This document shows, in pieces, positions 54,851 through 64,000 of a DNA stretch of 64,000 bases. Within the stretch, counting starts at the first letter, position 1, and each line of letters begins with the position of its first letter. Origin of the DNA: Trichoplax adhaerens (taxonomy: Eukaryota > Animalia > Placozoa); contig NW_002060953.1 in NCBI RefSeq assembly GCF_000150275.1, positions 965,693 to 1,029,692 of the forward strand, read 5' to 3'. The notes beneath the pieces are model-generated. The model was not told the origin of the DNA. It made no database searches and saw only the letters and a list, made by a program, of their open reading frames with translations. A program made the translations under genes and the position numbers.

Positions 54851-57230
54851 AAAATTGTTTTGCTGTATTCGTAATTGTTTGCACACTGTAATAAAACAAA
54901 CTATCCCACCAAATAATTGTCTTACACAATATAAAATTTACAAAGAGGCTTTTATTACGGACTTTCAGAATAATTAATCATAGAGCAATAATCAATTGGA
55001 AAATTTTTTCACTCTATTACAAATAAATGATCAACACAGTTAAAGAAGCTGCTGAAATACGATAGCGTATGTAACTTGTTAAGGAATTAACTTCTTCCTT
55101 GTACTAGTAATGAATTATTATCACAATCATGGCTCTTTAGGTAAGCCTACTTGCGATAATGGCAACTGCTATTACCGAAAATAAACTCTATTGGATTGAG
55201 ATGCCAAGAAGGAAACTTTTTCACAGTATTTGTAAAAAATGATCATAATCAAGAGGCATTAGGAAAGCCTATTTACAATGATAGCAATCTCCTACAGTCC
55301 GATCTAAAATCGATTGGATTGAAATACCAAGAAGTAAACTTCTTCACGATACTGCCAAATCATTGATTTAAGGAATCAATTTAGAAATTAAGCTACACAT
55401 TGCCACCAATAAATTTACAAAATAGCGGAGTAATTTCTCATTATTCCTCTTTGAAGGATTCCTAGCGCATCGCTCGGAGCTTTCATTAATACTAATAATT
55501 GGTAGAATTGGTAAAATTTAAAAATGTCAATTCATCTTATTTGACTGGGAAAATTAACGGTACTTTCTAATCGTCTAATCGATCCGTTTACCTCCTCAAG
55601 GTTTATTTCTAGTATTAGTTGCACTCGAATATTTTATGAAAATCGGCGTAATAAAAATTGATACAGACTATTACTAAACGAAATACAATTACCCATTAAG
55701 CTTGATACTCAACTCATCGGTAAATAGTATTTATTTACTCCATATGAGGGTTTAACTATTACCGTTCAATCTATCATAAGTAAGCTATTGCCGGAATACT
55801 ACTGATAAGTCTTCTGATCATCTAATTTTATACCTTTCGTGTACCACGTTAAGAACTAGTGCCGGGATTGCAGCCAAAGGCACCTATTGACCAGTAGTTT
55901 CGACAATAACAACGACAGACTGAATTTCGATCAGTATCCATCGCATATTAGCTTTTTGCCATTTTATATTTCATATTTAAGCTCTGATCCATGTTTTCTG
56001 TCAGCCTTTGCATTCTTTAATACCTATTTAAGTAAACATCCATACATCCACATAATGTAAATATTCAATGTTAACGTATAATTTACCGCGGAAACTTTCT
56101 GAACTTAATTGAACTGAATTTCATTTAGACCGATAGGATTATTATCATATCCTTACGTGGTAAAATTGATATTATTTTTAAATAGCGATATATCACTATT
56201 CATAGCCATTTTCTGAATGTCGATATATTAACGAGAAAAGTTAATTTATAATGATGCAAAATGGAGATTTTTCATCTTCAAGTATTAGTATGCAATACAA
56301 TCTTTCTGAACTCGATTCAATTGAGATGGATTTATAACGATAGATAGATTCTCATATCCCTATACATTATAGAGTAAAGTAAATGATCAAGTTTAATATT
56401 ATATTCGTTTACAACAGCAAATTTTTGAAGCTCTTCTTTTTATACGTCGTATCTTGTATGAGTAATTTAGTGAACTATTATTGCCATTTAATCTTGTTCA
56501 TGATACCAAATAACTACCGTTAAGGTTATTGAAACCGATAGTTATAACTTACTACTTAAACAAAGCTATCGTCCGTGCTAAACCTTCATTTTATCCTTCT
56601 ACCACCCTGTGAGGCTCGAAAGCTTGAACTAATTATCGTCCGTATACGAAAACTTAGCTGGGGAGGAGAAAGAAAATCAACCGTTCATTTATCATTCCGA
56701 TGTAATATAAACTCAATCTGTAAGACTCTTATTGCTAATAACAAATGTGAACTGATTTCTTCCTTATTACTACATTCATTTCTTCCGTACCCTTATTGAC
56801 TAGCGAATCACTTAATCAATGCATACTTGTTAATCACCTGTAACAAATCATCAAATCGAATTTCATTGCCAAGTGTCGTCGTCGCATACTATTTTTAACA
56901 CGATGTTTATTTATCTACCTAATCCATCCTTTCTACCGACCCATTTATTTTTATTTTTTAACTTGATTTTATTATTTTCCACCAATAAACGCCTGTAAAT
57001 CCTTCGGTTAGTAGCTATAATGCCTACAAGTTCAAACCTGACTACCCTAGCAGGTGGTCAGACATCAATTATTCCTTAAATTGTCGTCATCACTGGCTAA
57101 TTTTATCCCAAAATTGATCTCTATATCAGTTAGAACGTACGACCAAGTTATAAAAAAAATACTACCGTCATTTGCAAGCCATACAGCTAAATTGACGTGA
57201 AGAAGAAGAAGAAGAAAAAAATAATAACAC

Positions 57231-60200
57231 ATGTCTAAGTGCAATTCATATTGGATATGTTTTGCAATTTTATTGCATTTAGTCATCATTAGCAATGCTA
57301 ACAATCAATCCAGTGTTTTTAGATGGGATTGTTTAGTCTCCTTCACATCTGTAGACAGTCAGCCATGGAAAAGCTATGGAAGATTTTATTGCATTTATAA
57401 GCCGACGCATAAAATCTCACCTTATTACTACTGTCGTGATATACCTAAACCGAAGGATATCAATAGTCCTTGCTCCAATTCAACTTTATCTCATATTTTA
57501 ACATCTTGGAATTCATGGCAATCTAATTCATCGCTAAATTTGCGCTATCGAACACGAACTATTCTTTATAGTAAAGTTAGTAACTTCAAGTCAAAGCCTA
57601 AATTGATGGAAATGAGCATTCTTGATCAACAGCATGAAGAAAATGCCAAGTTTACAAGATGGATAGTAGGACCGTGGTCTTCTTGTAAGCAACAATCTAT
57701 TTTAAATAGTAACACGGCTACGAGTATGGCAAGATCAAGCCAGCATATGCTACCTACAACAATATCTAAAAGGTATAGAACAGTTCAATGTGTAAGCTAT
57801 GATGGCCACTTTAGCCATGGTTGCTCAATTCAAGCCAGACCCCATGCAGAAGAAATTTGTGCCATTGGTAGTCAATGCCAAGTCTCTTCTTGGTCATCGT
57901 GGTCAGATTGTCAATTTAGCCATAATCCATCCAAATCGCCTCAAATAGGAATTCAATCCAGAAAACGCCATATTAATTATCTCAATCCTGATAATGGAAT
58001 TTATTCGTGTCCTCCGTTGCTAGATCAACGAACTTGCAAGCTCATTCATAAGCCAAAACCGCAATGGAAAACAGGCGAATGGAGTTTATGCCAGATTCGT
58101 TGGCCTTCCTTATTAGCTGGGCAACAGCAATGTGGCAATGTCGGATGGCAATCGCGAGCAGTATGGTGCGTCAATGATCGAGGTAATATGGTTAATGAAA
58201 AATATTGCCAACATGATGGAGGACAAGAAAATAAACCAGTTTTCAATCGCTTATGTATAATCGATTGCAAGAGAGATTGCTTAGTTGGGCCTTGGTCAGA
58301 ATGGTCATCATGTTGTTCACCTTATCGTTCATTTTCAAGACGCCATCGGCAAGTATTAATACCACCAAAACAAAATGGACAAGCCTGTCCACCCCTGACA
58401 GAAAGTAGAAATTGCTCAATGCGATCTTGCTATCAATGGTTTGCCGATAAATGGTCAACCTGTTTACTATCCAATGCTAATAGTCGTCCATATTGTCAAA
58501 CTGGTCGTAAATTTCGTAGTGTTTATTGTATCGATCAAAATCATCGTATGGTCATGGATAGATATTGTAAATTATGGAAGCGGCCAGCTTTCAGTAAATC
58601 ATGTACACTGCCATGCTTAAATGATTGCATCCTTAGTCGTTGGAGCGATTGGCAAACTGAAACATTACAACTAATACCGATAAGATTGAATTCAACCATG
58701 ATGATGCTACAAGAAAATCGCCAAGTTCGTATACGTTATATCTTAGCAGATCCAGGTGTTGGTGGCAAACCATGTCCATATTCATCCCAGCTTATCGAAA
58801 GTATGACTGTTAGGCATTATTTGCCTATATGGATCACTCAGTCTTGGTCAAATTGTACTTGTTTTGCCGATGGATGTTACCAATATCGGACCGTAAATTG
58901 CTTTGATGTCTTCGAGAAGAGAATTTTACCCATGTCATTATGCCAATATCGAATGCAACCTCCATTAGAGCGAAAATGTCATGATCAACAACAAGAGCGC
59001 CCATTGCATTGCCAATTATCACCATGGAGCGATTGGTCTTCACCCCCTCCATCCTCATCAATGATCTTTTGCAAACCAAAAGCGCAAAATAAACGATTAC
59101 GGGTTGTCCTACAATATCATTCTGTTGGTGGCCATCCTTGTCCAAGTAATATGACTCGTAATGGTCTTATCGTGGAATATACAAAATTGACCAATCTATC
59201 TTGTATTTCGTCTGCTTCTTCATCATCATCCATGCCGTACTCATCTTCATCCAAGCTATCATCTACAAATTTTTATACTTGGCGTACAGGATCTTGGCAA
59301 GCATGCCTATTATTAAATTTTGACCGAAGAAACCCGTTGTGTGGTGTTGGCATGCAATCTAGAATGGCCCAATGTATTCACCTAGAGAATAACAATATTG
59401 TTGCGCTTAACTATTGCTTAAAGAATCGATCATTAAAAATGCCAGAAATATTTCGAAAATGTTTCGTTCCATGCCAAGGTGATTGTAGTTTAACTCCATG
59501 GTCCGCTTGGTCGAATTGTTCACAATCTTGTTCTAATCACTGGATCAATCCAAATCGAAAGCGATATCGCACTTTTACAAATTATAATCGAGAAGAAGGT
59601 TTAAGAGTTTGCCGATATATCGATCCAAGCCACCTCGAACAGCAATCTAAATGCACCAATCGACATTGCTTTGAATACGCATGGTTACCCAGTCCCTGGT
59701 CCAGTTGTTTGCTCAAAGCTTCCAATTGCGGCCAAGGTTTACAACATCGCCATTTAACATGCCAAAGAAACGATTCAATCATTGTCGATCATCGTTGGTG
59801 CCAGCAATATGCTAAGAATAAACTCGCTATTAATCGTCGATGCTTCAAAAATTGCTCGATCGACTGCATTGTTAGTACATGGTCAGTTTGGAATCCTTGC
59901 CAACATGATTGCGGTGACAGCTTAAGAAATCGTACAAGAACTGTATTACGAGCTCCGCAATATGGTGGTCGTCCATGCCCAAGTTTATTCCAGTTAGAAA
60001 TATGCCAAGAGAGACTATGCCATGATATTCGTTGGCATTATACAACTTGGAGCCAATGTCTATTTCGTAATCTATCGAAACGTTGTGGTCAAGGCTTTCA
60101 AAGCCGTAAAGTTTACTGTAGTGATCGACATGGCCATGTCTTAGATGATCAACGATGCTTATTAATAGCTGATAAACCAAATTCAGTAGAATCATGCCAT

Positions 60201-62437
60201 ATTGCATGTCCTGGTAAATGCGTTTATAGTTTATGGACTCCTTGGCAGCCTGGAAATTGCATCTTGAACTTACGACCCATTAATAATCGTACCAGTGGTA
60301 AACCACAATGTCGTACTCGAAGAATCTTAAGGCAAACCAGGAAACGCTACGAATGTTTACAACCTAATTTATTATTTCAACAGCGCTATATCGATGAAGA
60401 TCAATTCTCATGGGATGCTGGCTCATGGGCTACTTGTCGAACTTATCCACGATCTCGTTGCGGTGATGGCTTACAATATCGTCCTATTTATTGCAAGAAT
60501 CAAAATCAACAAATTGTTGCAACATCGTTATGCAAAACTAGACCACCTGAAGGAGTACGCGGTTGTCGAGAAGATTGCGATGTTGATTGTGCACTCTCAC
60601 CATGGTCAGATTGGTCTTCTTGTTCAAAATCATGCGGATTAAAAGGCATTTCAACACGCCATCGTAGCATTCTTTTCAATGCTACAGGTATTGGAAAAGC
60701 ATGCCCATCCAGTCAGCAATTACAACAACAGAAGTCTTGCAACATTCGCCCATGTGTAAATTATATCATAACTCGAAGTTCTTGGTCTGCATGTAAAACA
60801 TCGCAACGTCAATGTGGTTATGGAAGAAAATCTAGGAGTATTACTTGCACACGTTATGACGGGAAGTATTTTGATCTCACCTATTGCCTTAATCAAAAGC
60901 TAACGCAATCTATGCAGGAGGTAAAGAATTTTACCAAATTAAATGAACTCATTCAGTTTATGGACATTGACGTTGAAAGAAATTGCTATATTCCATGTAA
61001 GGATGATTGTGTTATGACCAGTTGGAGCTCATTTAGTCCTTGCTATCGTAATTGTAATAGAAATGATAGTCAACCACATCGTATAAGGGTTCGCCATGTC
61101 TTAAGGCCTAGCAGATATAATGGTCAGAAATGTCCTACAAACAATATCCAGATCATAAATTGCACTCAATCACAAGCACAATGTGCACAAGTTGAGTGGC
61201 AAACTAGTCCTTGGCAGAATGGAACAAGACAAGTTTGGTGCCTAGATGTAAATACTGGATATAATGTCACAGGTTGTGATGAATTAACTAAACCTTCCAC
61301 CAAAAAATCCTGTGACAGTAAATGTAATGAACCTTATAAGGAATGTCAAGAAGGTCAATGTATATGTAAGGTAAGAAAGAATAATCATCTACTTGAGTTT
61401 TTTTTTCTACATTCTCACATTGAAGAGTTTAACCTTCATTAGTCATTTCACTTGCAAAGTTTAGCTGGCGATGCTCAATAGATCTGTAGAAGTGATTAAT
61501 CTAGCATAAAGGAGTTACTTCCAATGCTCTATCTACAACAAGTAAAACTTTAGAGATCGTAGAATAATCAATCCAAAATTAACAATTTAAATTTCAAAAT
61601 TCCATCTTATTCAATCTAGAATGGAACTGAAGGTGATGGTCAAATCTGTTTGCCAAAATCAGGATGTTTCAATAATCATCATTGTCCAGTAGCAAATATG
61701 AAATGTGGTCCAAATCAACAATGCCAGTGTATTAACGGATACCACATGAATTGTACTTCTTCAAATCATTGCCAGTGCTTTATTGATGAAGAAGGTAAGA
61801 TAAAAAGATTCTGAAGTTAAACCTAGTATCATCATGATCTTAAATCATCGAATTAAATCACGGTTAAAATTTTAATAATTCTTCTAACGTTAATATTCAT
61901 AAATTTATAATCGCCATCTGATAAATCTATCTAATTATTATTCTCTGTGAGCAATAACATTTTGCCTTCTACTCTGGATAAATCGACGTTATTATCATTT
62001 ATAAAGTATAATTTGTATTACTTCTTTCAAATCTATTTCGTTCTTATTTTTAAAGCAAACTTTATAATCTACTACTAGATTCTCAGGCAATCAATTGCCC
62101 TGTTGAGGAAAAAACGTCAACATCTGGAACTATCCATATATCAAAGGAACCAGCATTAGCTATTGGCTGTAAGCGGAAATTACATCTTCCAAAAGCTCAT
62201 AATATTACTGTTCAAGTAGAATTTTTCAATCATCATAGTGTAATAAGTTGTGCCCAAAATTATTTAAAGTTAGTGCCTTCACGTGGTAAAGCGACCGTCT
62301 TATGTGCAAATTTAGTTGGCAGACATCAATTAGCATTTCCAGTTGACTCATTACTGGTTGATTATCATAATCGTATGAGAGCTATTCTTCCTGAGTTACC
62401 AACATTTGTCATGGAATATGCTTGGGATAAAAAATAA
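57231..62437 (+). CDS. THSD7-like secreted TSP1-repeat protein with C-terminal CUB-like domain
   Basis: Signal peptide MSKCNSYWICFAILLHLVIISNA. Exon 57231..61370 of TSP1 repeats, collinear with the - strand paralog. Cys-rich exon 61620..61794. Last exon 62079..62437 (NCPVEEKTSTSGTIHI..GCKRKLHLPKAHNITVQVEFF..SCAQNYLKL..VLCANL..LLVDY..FVMEY) has CUB-type Cys and hydrophobic spacing and no TM segment. Confidence 0.85.
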
Positions 62438-64000
62438 TAAATAATGAATAGATAATCGAATAGATAAAATTGATTTTAATTAATAAAGTAAACTATGCAA
62501 AAATTTTGAAATACATAACCTTTGAACTTAAATTAACCACAAGTTTAAATTATAACTATTATTATTAGGGAAAGTAATCATTGACGCGACTGGAACTGGT
62601 TTACGAGTATATGTGTGTTTGATCTTAAATCATTTTTACAAGCCAGATTGCCAGCATATGAGTAAATACTCGCTAGTTACAGAAATCGATAGTTAATTTT
62701 TACAATCCGATGCTTATATCGAAGAAGTCATGGTTAGACTTGCCTTTGAGTAACAAGACTCTTTTATACCAACTAAATATCTATCATGCTAGTTTTATAA
62801 ATTAAACTTTAATTTATATTGGCCACTTCAATTTCTTACTCTGCTATTTTTGCTGTACGAAAATACAATATATTAGCTATTTGCATTACTTGGCCATAAC
62901 TTTTTCGATACGATCTGATAGTTTCATGTCGACACATGATACAGTTGTCTTATTGTATCTTTGCGTAGGATTTATTGCTTATTTTACCATGATTTTGGTG
63001 ATATCTACTGAATAGAGGTATTGAAACAACCTCATTACATCTATAAGATGTATGATTATTCGCTATGATCGAATAGGATGATAATTTGCCCGAGTACAAT
63101 TTCTATTTAAGAGGTAAATGGTATATTTTACTCGAAAAAGTTACATACAACTAATAAATCAATCGATTATTACCCAAACTATTAGTGTACGTCTGTGAAT
63201 CGATGATGATGCAGTCATGGTCAAATCAATGACTTTATTTTAACTATTTCGCAGAATAGATTGGAGTGGGATATGACTTTACGTCTGTATAGAGATTAAA
63301 CATATAGTTCAAAGCTAAGTATTTACTGTAATGAAGTGAGGAAAGTTTTGGCAAACCGATTTCTGGTGCTGAAATCTGCTTCCATCGAAGTAGCAGGTAC
63401 ATAAAAATGCGCCTATACTGTATTATTTCGGTAGATTACTGCCAGTTATCAATGCTTAACGTAGCCAGATAGAAAGTTCTTGCTAATCCACACTAATTTC
63501 AATATCGTCTTGTAATAATTTCAGCTAATTAAGGTAGTTATGTGTTAGGAATACAGTGATAGTATACAGTGTAAAACTTTATGTTTAATAAAGTAAGTCT
63601 TGATAAATATTAAGAACTCATACATTATACGTCCTTATGATTGAGTAGTTGAGAAAAATAAATAATTAAATAAGGCTTTCGAAAATATCGGCTACTGGTT
63701 GTAACAGAATAAAATTTCAGGCGATGAATAATATTACGGTACTTTCGTCTAATCTAGACGGTGTACGATGGAAAGAAACACCGAAAAAAATGCATTTAAG
63801 CAAGCAGGAACAAAATTTCTAGACATATACATTTATTCATCTTCGCATACAGATGACATTAAGCGTAAGGTATATAAAAGTTCAAAAAAATAATTAAATG
63901 TTATTTGCGCTACATTAATTTCTTAGTAGCAGAGTGTGCTATTATTCCAATTACATTTTCCTCATCCACATGGCGATTAAAAGTAGACATTGCCTATTAT

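Noticed and set aside
47824-60642. Many short ORFs overlapping the THSD7-like exons or in the 52-57 kb spacer
   Set aside because: Alternative-frame or antisense shadows with no recognisable domains.

Overview
AT-rich eukaryotic genomic DNA with short GT-AG introns and two N-gaps. Gene content and style suggest an early-branching animal, probably the placozoan Trichoplax (inference). From left to right: (1) the 3' end of a + strand Roco-type gene (CxxC/CxxC motif plus Death domain), convergent with (2) a complete - strand TPR-Roc-COR-CxxC/CxxC-Death gene; (3) a decaying array of 72-nt single-LRR exons; (4) B4GAT1; (5) AATF; (6) a 7 x 146-bp tandem array; (7) about 10 kb with no recognisable gene; (8) an unusual EPS8 carrying extra polyproline, WH2, PEWKR and Q-rich modules; (9) a hAT-like MITE and a probable pseudogene fragment; (10) BET1; (11) a head-to-head pair of THSD7-like thrombospondin-repeat genes, one ending in a transmembrane segment plus a signalling-type tail and the other ending in a CUB-like domain with no anchor. 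All gene models were spliced by eye and need RNA-seq confirmation.
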